A program made the position numbers and the translations under genes. 64,000 nucleotides of DNA from Bdellovibrionales bacterium (GTDB lineage Bacteria > Bdellovibrionota > Bdellovibrionia > Bdellovibrionales > DASUEL01): assembly GCA_050250255.1 (NCBI GenBank), contig JBFWOZ010000013.1, positions 1-64,000 on the forward strand, read 5' to 3'. The stretch's first letter is position 1. Every line of letters begins with the position of its first letter. The notes beneath the pieces were generated by a model that was given only the letters and a program-made list of their open reading frames with translations, made no database searches and was not told the origin of the DNA. Below are positions 49,350 through 59,306 of the stretch, piece by piece.

Positions 49350-49659
49350 CGAAGCAGACGCAAAATAAGAGCTTGATTCTTATTCGATACCAAATCCATT
49401 GCCATTTTTCCTGCAGTGTTTTTAATATTTTTACGAGCTCTCGCGACCAAAGCCGAGTCACACAAGCTCACCCAATCAATATCGAAGTTGACAAAAGGAG
49501 CAATAGATTGAGGCTGAAGTTTCGCATTAAATAATTAAGAAGAAGCAGAAAAGGCTCGTAAGCCAGACAGTATGACGTTTTTTAGCTTTTAATATAGTAT
49601 AATCGTCATTGGAGATGTATTCAGAGATCTACCAGATAGAACTCTCAAAGGAGATAACT

Positions 49660-50100
49660 GTGAAGATTTTTTTTACTATATTTTTTTTAGGTGTTTCTTC
49701 AGTCTACGCCAACGATGAAGCCCTTCCTTGCTTGGAAAGATATCTGTCATTTGTTCCTTCTGGCACTGTATTAAGTGGTGTCACAGACGATGGAAAGGCC
49801 TGCACTGTTACAAGTAACTTCTATCCAGAAGCAAAGAGTATGCAGGTTGCAATTTTTTCACAGAAGGTACAAATATCGTCAAATTTTGGCACAAACTACC
49901 AATACCGAAAAGTGAAGTGTGAGCTACACCACTCAGGACTACTCCTCGATTCTACATGGAAAGACGACGAAGATTATTCTACAGCTCAACGAACTGTACT
50001 AAGTCTAACACTTTCAAACAGTACACTCCTACGGAGAATAGAGCTTTCTAAACCGCGCCTCTTTGGCAGCAAAAAGGCGGCGTGCACCGTTACAAATTGA
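49660..50100 (+). CDS. Hypothetical secreted protein
   Basis: AAGGAG RBS before GTG 49660; signal peptide ..VYA; four Cys. Confidence 0.7.
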   Translation: MKIFFTIFFLGVSSVYANDEALPCLERYLSFVPSGTVLSGVTDDGKACTVTSNFYPEAKSMQVAIFSQKVQISSNFGTNYQYRKVKCELHHSGLLLDSTWKDDEDYSTAQRTVLSLTLSNSTLLRRIELSKPRLFGSKKAACTVTN

Positions 50101-50236
50101 TTAAAATCCTTAAAGATCCTTTATCTTTGATAGGCATTGATGCCGAATCAATGCTACCGCACGATTTTCACGGCACTTTGTAAAGTCCGTATACACTGAT
50201 TTTAAATTCAAATCGAAAGTAACGACAAAGAGCCCC

Positions 50237-50252
50237 TGGAACAATTATCGCA
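50237..50252 (+). promoter_or_regulatory. sigma54-like -24/-12 promoter
   Basis: TGGAACAATTATCGCA. Confidence 0.45.
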
Positions 50253-50287
50253 ATACGATCAGTCTAATTGTCAGATGGAGATTTCTT

Positions 50288-51451
50288 ATGCGAAAGCTTA
50301 TTATCGTTTTTTGCCTAGTGTCCACATCCTATTCGGATGCTAGCTCTAAGCTTTGTGGGCCCAAACTAGATACCACTTCTTCAGCAGTTGATCACGCTGC
50401 TCAAACACTCATAACAGAGAACAATTATTTAGAACTCGATATCGCAATTGCTGCTGCCTTAGTAAAAAACTATCCAGGCACAAGATCCGCATCTGAAATT
50501 CCATCTATCCTTGTGAGCCAAGTAAGACGAGTTTCAGAGCTTAGTTCTAAGTTAAGTGCGCTTCGTACAAAATTCGAAATACCGGACTATGATTTATTTG
50601 TTCGGCTTTTAGTGAGTCACCGAATTTCTCTAGAGGACACCAAAGCAAGAACCATGTACGCACACTTTCTGGCTACAACACATGAGCGTGATAGTAGCGG
50701 TAAGTACATGCCAAAGTGGAGTACAAAAGGATTGGTAATTGCTCTTTTGGTAGAAACGAATCAACTAACTGCTAGACAGGCCTCGAGTTTTATCGGAAAT
50801 GTCGTAGCATGGTATGAAACATTTAATGTTGAAAAATATGTAAAACCAGTAGAGATACAAAAAGTTATAGACCCTGCTCTAGTTGATAAACTTAGAACTC
50901 TAGAAGAAAGAAGCAAAGTCTTAGTTAATAGGATCACAAGCGCTACGGATAATGCCATTTTAAATAGAATCTTTGCATCTGAACAACAAAGTCTAACAGC
51001 TGGTATGCCATTTTTTGATATGGTTGATAGGGCAACACTCGTAGATAAACCGCGTAGACTGTATGTGAACACAGATGCTGGTGGGACTCCAAACGTGATT
51101 CAACTTTTCAACGGCCCCGTACATGTTATCGATATAGCTAAAAGCACCAGAGCTCAGATCGAAGCACAACCTTTGATCAGCAGAGCACTGGCAAAACAAA
51201 TGTCAGTAGTTAATCCCGATCTACAGTTTCGGAATGAAGTCGCAGACAAGCTTGAGACCTTAAGAAGGCATGGAAATCCTGCCTCAATTCTCTATTTAGA
51301 AAATCAAGGAGGAACCCATCGCATGGTTGTTCTTCTGAACAAAGAACAAAAACCTATTGGTCTTATTGAAATCACTCCGACACCAACACATGACAATGAG
51401 TCGAATTTTAATGAAAACACAAGGATTGTCGCTTACGTGATTTCAAAATAA
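50288..51451 (+). CDS. Hypothetical secreted protein
   Basis: GGAG RBS; signal peptide. Confidence 0.75.
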   Translation: MRKLIIVFCLVSTSYSDASSKLCGPKLDTTSSAVDHAAQTLITENNYLELDIAIAAALVKNYPGTRSASEIPSILVSQVRRVSELSSKLSALRTKFEIPDYDLFVRLLVSHRISLEDTKARTMYAHFLATTHERDSSGKYMPKWSTKGLVIALLVETNQLTARQASSFIGNVVAWYETFNVEKYVKPVEIQKVIDPALVDKLRTLEERSKVLVNRITSATDNAILNRIFASEQQSLTAGMPFFDMVDRATLVDKPRRLYVNTDAGGTPNVIQLFNGPVHVIDIAKSTRAQIEAQPLISRALAKQMSVVNPDLQFRNEVADKLETLRRHGNPASILYLENQGGTHRMVVLLNKEQKPIGLIEITPTPTHDNESNFNENTRIVAYVISK

Positions 51452-51460
51452 AAAAATGAC

Positions 51461-52966
51461 CTACTTCAGGAGGTTCTGAATGAGAGCTCGGTTCTTATTT
51501 AAAACGAGATCTTTTGCGGTTTTGCCTGCCGCATTTCGGAGATTCTTTCGTGCTCCCGCCGCCAAAAGCTGAGTCACACAAGCTACGTAGCCTTCTTCTG
51601 CCGCGTACATGAGAGCCGTGTAACCATCTACATTTTGAGCATTCACTCTTGCTTTTCGTTCAATGAGTTTTTGTACGCTTCCACAAAGTCCAAGCCGCGC
51701 GGCACTCATGAGCGGAGTTTCCTTCGTCTCTTTCACAGATCGATTGGGATTTGCGCCTTTTTCAAGGAGGGCAAGGGCCATTGATTCCTGTTTCTCTAGA
51801 AGAGCCACAATGAGTTCGGTTTCAATTTGGTTGGGAAGATGATCCATCTTTGCGCCTTTTTCTAACAGATACCGGAATACCTTTTGGCTATTTCCTGTAA
51901 TGGATTCCTTAAGAGGTGTTGTCGCATAACCTGCAGAATCATAAATATAGGTATTCATATCAACGCCATTTTCAAAAAACTTTTTAGCCATCACGATGCT
52001 ATCGGTCTTGATCGCTTGAAAGAGTCGCGTCTGATCGCCACCCTTTAGTTTTTCGTAGTCCTTATCGTAAGTCACTTTTTCGTCTGAGGATCTCATTTCG
52101 ATTACAGGGAACGGCTGCGTCTCTGGAAACGATGCACAGGAGATAAAAAAGAGCGCCATTATTCCTAGCAGTGAAGCTTTCAAAATTTTTCCATTCATTC
52201 CGAGATGGCAAAGTGCAAAGTCGAACCGCGTGGGATCTTGAGGATCAAGAAGTCTTAGTTTATCAGTCACTTCCTCCACCGTTTTCCAATCTGCCTGCTT
52301 CCGTTTCGTTAACTTCAAAGAGCGAGCTTGATTCAAAATATGTACGTCGAGAGGAATCATCAGATGTTTTCTGTTCATCGACTTCCAAAGATTAAAGTCC
52401 TGGGGGCTCTGCCCTACCATCCAGCGCAAATATAAATTCATTCGTTTGCAGGCACTGCCTAGGCTTGGCTTAGGAAAGAAAAACCAAAAACTTTTGTCGA
52501 CTTTCCATTTATGTTCTTTGAGAAGAGCTTCGGTCTGAACAACGAAACGCTCAATCACATCCTTCGCGGTATGATCATGAGAGATTTTTAAAAATCCTTC
52601 GATCGATTGGTGGCGCTGATAAATTTTTTGTAAAATCAAAAGCAAAGCTGTCGCATCTTTTTCGGTATTAAAACGATGGCACCAGCCGCGAGTTAAAACT
52701 TGAATTTCTTTTGTATTCGCCGAGAGTAACCATTGGTGAGGATTTTCGGTCATGCCCTCTAGCAGCTTGCTGATACTCTTTTTAATATGCTCCACGCGAC
52801 CGTAAGCCAACACAGAACAAATAAATGCCGCAAGCTCACGATCGTGCCACTGACAATATTTTAAAGCGGGAGCAATGGCGTCTGCCACGACCTCTTCGGT
52901 CTCTTGGTATTCTGCTGCGACCGCCTCTAAAAGTTTTTTTAATTTTTCTGCGCGTTCTGGCTTCAT
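51461..52966 (-). CDS. TIGR02757/DUF2400-family domain running in frame into an ankyrin-repeat lipoprotein
   Basis: LAYGRV, SACKRMNLYLRWMV, PLDVH, DPTRFDFAL; then MNGK...FFISC lipobox and ankyrin repeats (TPLMSAA, TALMYAA). Confidence 0.85.
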   Translation of the reverse strand: MKPERAEKLKKLLEAVAAEYQETEEVVADAIAPALKYCQWHDRELAAFICSVLAYGRVEHIKKSISKLLEGMTENPHQWLLSANTKEIQVLTRGWCHRFNTEKDATALLLILQKIYQRHQSIEGFLKISHDHTAKDVIERFVVQTEALLKEHKWKVDKSFWFFFPKPSLGSACKRMNLYLRWMVGQSPQDFNLWKSMNRKHLMIPLDVHILNQARSLKLTKRKQADWKTVEEVTDKLRLLDPQDPTRFDFALCHLGMNGKILKASLLGIMALFFISCASFPETQPFPVIEMRSSDEKVTYDKDYEKLKGGDQTRLFQAIKTDSIVMAKKFFENGVDMNTYIYDSAGYATTPLKESITGNSQKVFRYLLEKGAKMDHLPNQIETELIVALLEKQESMALALLEKGANPNRSVKETKETPLMSAARLGLCGSVQKLIERKARVNAQNVDGYTALMYAAEEGYVACVTQLLAAGARKNLRNAAGKTAKDLVLNKNRALIQNLLK

Positions 52967-53871
52967 TCAGATTTATAGAGGCTATGTAACCACATATTCA
53001 CCGCCGTCGCGAGAATAAGAGCCGCAACAGCCAAATGAAGTACGGTGATCACCGGTGGGATTTTAAATATGACGTTCGACATGCCCACAAGAATTTGTAG
53101 TAGAATCAAACTCACAAGCCAACGCGAACTCTTTGCTACCGCTTGAGACATCCACGGCTTTTGGGAGTTCATACGAATAATAATATAGGTGACATAGATC
53201 ACAACAAAGGTGCCATAGGCTCCTAAACGATGAATCACTTGCAAACCAACGTCATCAAAAAGAGTAGGAATCCACTCTCCATGACAAAGCGGAAAATCAG
53301 GACATGCAAGACCTGCATAATTTGAAGATACCATTCCCCCAAGAAGAATCTGACCAAAGATGACCGCACTCACTAAGCCTAATAATGTGGAAATCCAAGG
53401 AGGCGCGGAGAGATTCTTCGATGGGAAATGATGAACAATCAGAAAGCGAAGCCATAGTAGACACATGAAGAATAGAATTCCTAATGCCAAGTGCGCAGTG
53501 ACCACCCCAAAGTGAAGAAGTTTTAAAACTGTGAGCCCGCCCATAATGATTTGGGTGAGTAAAATAAATATTGTAAGCACTACGATGTGCCGAGCCACTT
53601 TTGGGTAAGCGGGATTTTTAAAAATCAAATAGCTAAGATAAAAAGTGATGAGTGCAACAATCCCCGCTAACACGCGGTGAATGAATTCAAAATACACTTG
53701 TGGATGAAAATCAGGGACTAACTGTCCAAAACAAAGTGGCCAATCAGGACACGCAAGTCCTGCATCCATAGCTCGAACGGCGCCGCCCAATGCAATCAAT
53801 CCCAACACCAGAACGCACAAACTTTTAATAACGAAGAGAGTTTTTTTATCTACATGTGAATTGGAAGCCAT
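52963..53871 (-). CDS. ctaA: Heme A synthase
   Basis: AGLACPDWPLC, EFIHR, second AGLACPDFPLC, IHR. Confidence 0.93.
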   Translation of the reverse strand: MASNSHVDKKTLFVIKSLCVLVLGLIALGGAVRAMDAGLACPDWPLCFGQLVPDFHPQVYFEFIHRVLAGIVALITFYLSYLIFKNPAYPKVARHIVVLTIFILLTQIIMGGLTVLKLLHFGVVTAHLALGILFFMCLLWLRFLIVHHFPSKNLSAPPWISTLLGLVSAVIFGQILLGGMVSSNYAGLACPDFPLCHGEWIPTLFDDVGLQVIHRLGAYGTFVVIYVTYIIIRMNSQKPWMSQAVAKSSRWLVSLILLQILVGMSNVIFKIPPVITVLHLAVAALILATAVNMWLHSLYKSE

Positions 53872-53883
53872 AGTTTTAAGCCT

Positions 53884-54795
53884 CTATGAAACAATATTGA
53901 AGTAAACCATATGCCACTTATCGATCACAGGAGCGATAAGAAAAATGAGCATACTCACGTTGGTCCACATAAAAAACGAAAGCCATTTTTGCTCTGCCTT
54001 TGCCTTTTCAAATTTAAAATATTCCCAAAGAACTTTTAATGCAAACGGCACAACAAGAAGCAAATAAACATAACGAGTATCCACAAACCACGGAGAGAAG
54101 AGCGCGAGTCCCACATAGGCAAACACGTAAAGTCCCATGTGAAAGAGAGTCTGATGCGTTCCTAAAGAAACCGGCAACGTAGGGATCTCTGCCTTTTGAT
54201 AATCATCTTTGAATTTAATGGCGAGAGCCCAGTAGTGCGGCATCTGCCACAAAAACATAATCAAAAAAGCGTAAATGCATTCGGTGGAGAAAATCTGTGA
54301 ATTATTGGCAGAATAACCAATCACAACAGGCATTGCCCCAGGAATCGCGCCGGGAACAGCGCCAAACACCCAGCGTTTTTTCCAGTAAAGCGTGTAACAG
54401 ACATTATAGAGAAATACGGTAATGAGCCCGAGACCAGCGGAAAGTGGTTTTACGAAATATAGAAGCGCGGTGCCCGCTACAAGCAACAGAATGGTTAAGA
54501 ACCAAGCCTGCGGAGTAGACACACGGCCACTGGGAAGAGGACGTCCTTCCGTACGAGGCATCTTCGCATCCAGCTTTTGCTCCTGGATTTGATTGAGAAC
54601 AAAACTCCCCGCGCTTAAAAGGGCTGTACCCACGGTCGTGGCCAAAAGATGGGGAATACTGAAAGTTTGTTCAATTTGAAACCCAAGCGCGTAACCAGCA
54701 AAAGTGCTGATCACCACAAAGATCACGATACCAAACTTCGTGATCTCCGAAAGATCGTTCCAAACTGTAGGGTTCTCTTTACGTTGGCGTGCCAT
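53884..54795 (-). CDS. ctaB: Protoheme IX farnesyltransferase (heme O synthase)
   Basis: D.KMPRT..RPLPSG, GAVPGA, WQMPH, DY..A. Confidence 0.93.
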   Translation of the reverse strand: MARQRKENPTVWNDLSEITKFGIVIFVVISTFAGYALGFQIEQTFSIPHLLATTVGTALLSAGSFVLNQIQEQKLDAKMPRTEGRPLPSGRVSTPQAWFLTILLLVAGTALLYFVKPLSAGLGLITVFLYNVCYTLYWKKRWVFGAVPGAIPGAMPVVIGYSANNSQIFSTECIYAFLIMFLWQMPHYWALAIKFKDDYQKAEIPTLPVSLGTHQTLFHMGLYVFAYVGLALFSPWFVDTRYVYLLLVVPFALKVLWEYFKFEKAKAEQKWLSFFMWTNVSMLIFLIAPVIDKWHMVYFNIVS

Positions 54796-54841
54796 GAGCT
54801 GAATCTATAGCAGATTTTGATCTGTGGAAGTACTAAAAAGG

Positions 54842-54945
54842 GGTTGGGGGTTTATCGTTTGAGGTTTGAGGTTTGAGGTTTGAGGTTTGAGGTACCGTTT
54901 TCGGTCTAACCTCAGACGTAAACCTCAAACGCTAAACCCCCAACC
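54842..54945. repeat. About 104-bp hairpin containing (GTTTGAG)x5
   Basis: GGTTGGGGGTTTA-t-CGTTTGAGGTTT ... AAACCTCAAACG-c-TAAACCCCCAACC; heptamers at 54857-54891. Confidence 0.85.
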
Positions 54946-54969
54946 TCCAACGGGTGCATAAATATTCGT

Positions 54970-55281
54970 TTATGGAAGTGCGTTAATACGCGTGTAGATA
55001 TCAAATATCGAGAAACCAAAGAGGACGAGGAGAAAAAAGAACCCCGAACCAAAGATGACCCGATTCATCATATTGTCGTACTTCAAGTGCATAAAGAACA
55101 ACAATACGAGGGATGCCTTAAACGTTGCAATCAACATTGCAATCACCATATTGAGGTGACCGAAATCCATTCGAGATGCCAATACAGTAACAACCGTTAA
55201 AACTAAGAGCGAGACAAAGATCGTTATGTAAGTCTTCAGAGGTGTAACGTGATAAAGATCGTCGTGTTTATCGTGTGCCAT
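54970..55281 (-). CDS. ctaF: Cytochrome c oxidase subunit IV
   Basis: L.VLT..TV, IA..KA.LV..FFMHLKY. Confidence 0.9.
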   Translation of the reverse strand: MAHDKHDDLYHVTPLKTYITIFVSLLVLTVVTVLASRMDFGHLNMVIAMLIATFKASLVLLFFMHLKYDNMMNRVIFGSGFFFLLVLFGFSIFDIYTRINALP

Positions 55282-55295
55282 TTACATTCTCCTCG

Positions 55296-55949
55296 TTAGC
55301 CGACCAAATAAAAGAGTGGGAATAAGTAAATCCAAATAAGATCCACTAAGTGCCAGAATAATCCAACACCTTCAACCGCCGTATAATAGCGAGGGTTAAA
55401 ATCACCTCGTAAGGTTCTGATCAGGCACCAGGCGATCAAGCCCATACCTACGAGCACGTGAATCCCGTGTAGACCTGTCATCACGTAGTAGAATCCAAAA
55501 TACAGCTGTCCGTTCGTCACCATGTCGCCGGTGTAGGAAAAGTATTTGGAAGGCAACATACCCTCATGAATTTTATGAGAGTATTCGATATACTTAATGA
55601 TCATAAAGAGCGCGCCACAGATAATCGTCAAAAAGAGATTAATCGCCGCGAGTCGCATATTATTTTTTTGGATGTAGTAGATCCCTAAAGCCATTGTTAA
55701 AGAGCTTGTGATCAGAACAACGGTATTCGTCGCTCCCAATCTCCAGTCTACAAACTTACTGCCCGCCTTAAAAACCTCTGGATACATTCCATGATAGATC
55801 GAGTAAGCCACGAAGAGCCCGCCGAACATCAAAATTTCTGTCACAAGAAAAAGCCAAATCCCTTGTTTTGATGAGGAGTATTCGTGCTCCGCACTTTCAA
55901 AGTGATGTGCGTGTGTGTGCTTGCCGTGTGCAGTATTAGCGATACTCAT
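55296..55949 (-). CDS. ctaE: Cytochrome c oxidase subunit III
   Basis: [24 protein letters not shown]; start ATG 55949. Confidence 0.93.
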   Translation of the reverse strand: MSIANTAHGKHTHAHHFESAEHEYSSSKQGIWLFLVTEILMFGGLFVAYSIYHGMYPEVFKAGSKFVDWRLGATNTVVLITSSLTMALGIYYIQKNNMRLAAINLFLTIICGALFMIIKYIEYSHKIHEGMLPSKYFSYTGDMVTNGQLYFGFYYVMTGLHGIHVLVGMGLIAWCLIRTLRGDFNPRYYTAVEGVGLFWHLVDLIWIYLFPLFYLVG

Positions 55950-57525
55950 AAGGCCCCGCTGTGACGACTGGAGTTGTTGTGAAATTCTCATGAGGAGGTG
56001 GTGATGGAGTCGTCCACTCCAAAGTTTTACTACCCCATGGATTGTTGCCTGCTGATTTTCCAAATAATAAACCTTGGATCACCGTTACTAGCACGATCAG
56101 AAATCCAACGCCGATGAGCCAAGAACCCATCGTGGAAATTTGATTTAAAGAGGTGTACTCAGGGAGGTAATCAAAGTAGCGGCGAGGCATCCCAAGGTTT
56201 CCTAAAATAAACTGAGGAAAGAACGTGACGTTAAATCCTAAGAAAATGAAAACCCAAGAAATTTGAGCCCAAGTTTCTTTGTGCATTTTTCCAAACATCT
56301 TAGGGAACCAGTAGAAAATCCCGCCAACGAGTGCCATCAAAGTTCCACCCACCATCACGTAGTGAAAGTGCGCCACCACAAAGTAAGTATCGTGGAAGTG
56401 AACATCAAGACCGATGGTTGCGAGCATAATTCCCGTCACTCCACCGATAAAGAAGAGAAACAAGAAACCGATGGCGTAAAGCATTGGTGACTGTAAAGAC
56501 ACCGAGCCTTTGTACATCGTTGCCACCCAGTTAAACATTTTGATCGCTGTAGGAACACCCACGAGCATCGTGATGAATGAGAAAAGAATTCCCGCCCACT
56601 CTGATTGACCGCTCAAGAACAAGTGATGACCCCAAACGAAGAAGCTCACAGCCGCGATCGCAAGACTCGAATAAGCAATCGCCGTGTAACCAAAAATCAC
56701 TTTCTTTGAGAACGCAGAGACGATCTCACTCACGATTCCCATCGCTGGTAAAATCATGATGTAAACCGCTGGATGCGAGTAGAACCAGAAAAAGTGTTGG
56801 AACAAAACCGGATCTCCACCGATCTTTGGATCAAAAATCCCTACTCCCAAAAGTTTTTCGCTGACGAGAAGAAGAAGCGTGATTGCAAGAACCGGAGTCG
56901 CAAGAACCTGAAGAATCGCTGTGGCGTAAACCGCCCAAACGAAAAGGGGAATACGGTTCATGCTCATTCCAGGGCAACGAAGCTTATGGACAGTTACGAT
57001 GAAGTTTAGTCCCGTAAGAATCGAAGACATCCCCATAATAAAAGCACCGAAAGTCATCATGATGACGCCATCGTAAGTGCGGATACTATACGGAGTGTAG
57101 AAGGTCCAACCCGTGTCCACACCGTGAAATAGGAGAGAGCTCACAGAGACAACAGCGCCCGTAATAAACACGTAATAACTTAAGAGATTTAATCTTGGGA
57201 AGGCCACGTCTTTCGCTCCGATGTGCATCGGAAGAAAGAAGTTCCCCAAAACCGCGGGAATTCCAGGAATGATCACCATGAAGACCATGATGGTTCCATG
57301 AAACGTCATCGCCTGGTTGTATTGATCGGCGGACATGAACTGACCACCGGGCGCAAACAATTCTAATCTCAAAAGTAGAGCGAAGGTTCCGCCCACCATA
57401 AAGAAAAGGATGACCGTCACAAAGTACATCAATCCAATGCGCTTGTGATCCAAGGTAGAAAGCCAACCCCAGAGAGTTTTATCGTGATTTAAATAGTTAG
57501 ATCCGTGAGCTGCTGCATGTGCCAT
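55936..57525 (-). CDS. ctaD: Cytochrome c oxidase subunit I (A2 type)
   Basis: DHKRIG, GWTFY, YSHPAVY, WGHH, HFHY. Confidence 0.97.
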   Translation of the reverse strand: MAHAAAHGSNYLNHDKTLWGWLSTLDHKRIGLMYFVTVILFFMVGGTFALLLRLELFAPGGQFMSADQYNQAMTFHGTIMVFMVIIPGIPAVLGNFFLPMHIGAKDVAFPRLNLLSYYVFITGAVVSVSSLLFHGVDTGWTFYTPYSIRTYDGVIMMTFGAFIMGMSSILTGLNFIVTVHKLRCPGMSMNRIPLFVWAVYATAILQVLATPVLAITLLLLVSEKLLGVGIFDPKIGGDPVLFQHFFWFYSHPAVYIMILPAMGIVSEIVSAFSKKVIFGYTAIAYSSLAIAAVSFFVWGHHLFLSGQSEWAGILFSFITMLVGVPTAIKMFNWVATMYKGSVSLQSPMLYAIGFLFLFFIGGVTGIMLATIGLDVHFHDTYFVVAHFHYVMVGGTLMALVGGIFYWFPKMFGKMHKETWAQISWVFIFLGFNVTFFPQFILGNLGMPRRYFDYLPEYTSLNQISTMGSWLIGVGFLIVLVTVIQGLLFGKSAGNNPWGSKTLEWTTPSPPPHENFTTTPVVTAGPYEYR

Positions 57526-57535
57526 GTTAAGCTCC

Positions 57536-58459
57536 TTATTTCACAGTCTTCATGAATTCGATCATCGCTTTGATCTCTTCATCGTTTAAGACACCTTGAA
57601 AGCTCGGCATTGTGGGCGGATAGCCCTTCACAAGTTTTGCTTGAGGAGTCAGGATAGATTCTCGTACGTAATTTTCATCAACAGTGATCTTGCTACCATC
57701 TGCTAGCTCTTCAGAACGTGCCCAAAGACCTTTAAAGGTTGGACCGATACTCTTTGCGCCATCTACCGTGTGACAAGCATTACAGCCTTTGACCTTGTAA
57801 AGATCAGCTCCACGCTCAGCCAACGATTTACCGGCATTTGGATCTGCGCCCATCCATACATCAAAGTCGGATTTATCTACGACATGCACTTTTGCGAGCA
57901 TGGATGAATGATTCGTTCCACAGAACTCCGTACAGAAAACCTGATAAACACCCTTTTGTTCTGCTTGAAACCAAGTCTGAGTGTACATCCCCGGAACCAC
58001 GTCTTGTTTTTGACGAAAGCTTGGAACGTAAAAGCTATGAATCACATCTGCAGATGTCATCACAAGTTTTACGGGTACGCCAACAGGAGCATAAATTTCG
58101 TTGGTCGTTTTTTTACCGTTTTTGTATTCAAATTCCCAAAGCCACTGTCTTGCCGTAACATGGATTTCCATAGAATCTGGTGGAGGGTTTCTCTGTTTAT
58201 AATAGACAATCCATCCCCACACAAAAACGGCCATAAAAAGCACGAGGGGTATAAAACTCCAAAGAAATTCAAGAATTGCATTATGACTAATATAAGCAGT
58301 CTTGTCGTTTGGTGTTTTGCGGCTATATTTAAAAACAAAATACAGCATTCCGCCGATCATAAGAACTGCGGAAATCAAACTCGACCAGATCAAAAACGCA
58401 TACAGATTATCGAAATCGGCTGCGAATGTAGATATCTGTGGAGGCATGTTGAAATTCAT
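57536..58459 (-). CDS. ctaC: Cytochrome c oxidase subunit II with fused cytochrome c (caa3)
   Basis: [17 protein letters not shown]uA site; CNACH heme c site. Confidence 0.96.
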   Translation of the reverse strand: MNFNMPPQISTFAADFDNLYAFLIWSSLISAVLMIGGMLYFVFKYSRKTPNDKTAYISHNAILEFLWSFIPLVLFMAVFVWGWIVYYKQRNPPPDSMEIHVTARQWLWEFEYKNGKKTTNEIYAPVGVPVKLVMTSADVIHSFYVPSFRQKQDVVPGMYTQTWFQAEQKGVYQVFCTEFCGTNHSSMLAKVHVVDKSDFDVWMGADPNAGKSLAERGADLYKVKGCNACHTVDGAKSIGPTFKGLWARSEELADGSKITVDENYVRESILTPQAKLVKGYPPTMPSFQGVLNDEEIKAMIEFMKTVK

Positions 58460-59301
58460 ACGTTGCTGTCTCCTCGCTGTCTAAAGACATTATTCCTACG
58501 CCAGTACGGTATGAGAAAGAGAGCCATCAGCAGAACCGTTAAACCTGCTGAGGCGCGCATGATATTGAATGCATAAAGCGAATACTTATTTTTTGTTGGA
58601 TCAAATTTGAAACAAAAAAGGACCATTTTTTCAAACACACCGCCGATGCGGTTGTTGCTGGCTTCTGCGAGAGATAATCTTAAAGTTGGCTCTTCGAACA
58701 TGATTCCGTAAAGATAGCGAGCGATTTGTCCGTTGGGAGTGAGGAGAATTCCTGCGGCGCTATGGGCCCACTGTTGGGAGTCATCATCCCACTTGTAACC
58801 AAACCCGACTTGCTTCGCGAGTTCGGCGATATTGGCCTGATTTCCGGTGAGAAAATGCCAACCGCCTTCTGTACCAGGTCGGTTGTACTCTTTCATGTAG
58901 TTGGCTTTTTTCTCTTTTGCGAGATCTGGACCTTCTCGAGGATCGATACTCACGAAAACAACTTCAAACTCTTTACCCGGAGACCACTTTGTTTTCTTCA
59001 TTACGTCGTTTACGCCGTTCATGAAGAAGTTGCAGAGGTTTGGACATCCATAATAGACCATGCCCAAAAAGATCGGCTTACTACCGTTGACGATAGAACG
59101 AAGTGGTTTTTCCACTCCATTTTCATCTTTAAAAACGAGATCTAAATTGACCTGAGATCCGAGTTGTTCGGTGATTCCCGCGCCTTCAAATTCTTTAGGC
59201 ATGACATTCGCTGGCGTACCCGCAACATGTTCTGTGGCGTTCGCGAATGAAGCGAGTTGAAGTCCGAGAATAACCAGTGCTCGAAGGAATGGAAATTTCA
59301 T
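58456..59301 (-). CDS. SCO1/SenC family copper chaperone
   Basis: CPNLC, VSIDP, WHFLTG, WAH. Confidence 0.92.
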   Translation of the reverse strand: MKFPFLRALVILGLQLASFANATEHVAGTPANVMPKEFEGAGITEQLGSQVNLDLVFKDENGVEKPLRSIVNGSKPIFLGMVYYGCPNLCNFFMNGVNDVMKKTKWSPGKEFEVVFVSIDPREGPDLAKEKKANYMKEYNRPGTEGGWHFLTGNQANIAELAKQVGFGYKWDDDSQQWAHSAAGILLTPNGQIARYLYGIMFEEPTLRLSLAEASNNRIGGVFEKMVLFCFKFDPTKNKYSLYAFNIMRASAGLTVLLMALFLIPYWRRNNVFRQRGDSNV

Positions 59302-59306
59302 GAATA

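Noticed and set aside
42582..51451. Integrative island or prophage at tRNA-Ser or tRNA(CAU)
   Set aside because: No integrase, phage genes or duplicated tRNA 3' end (att site) found by eye.
57908..58576. Long antisense ORFs (57908-58576, 10943-11608, 9766-10221 and similar)
   Set aside because: They are shadows of well-conserved genes on the opposite strand, with no motifs or RBS.
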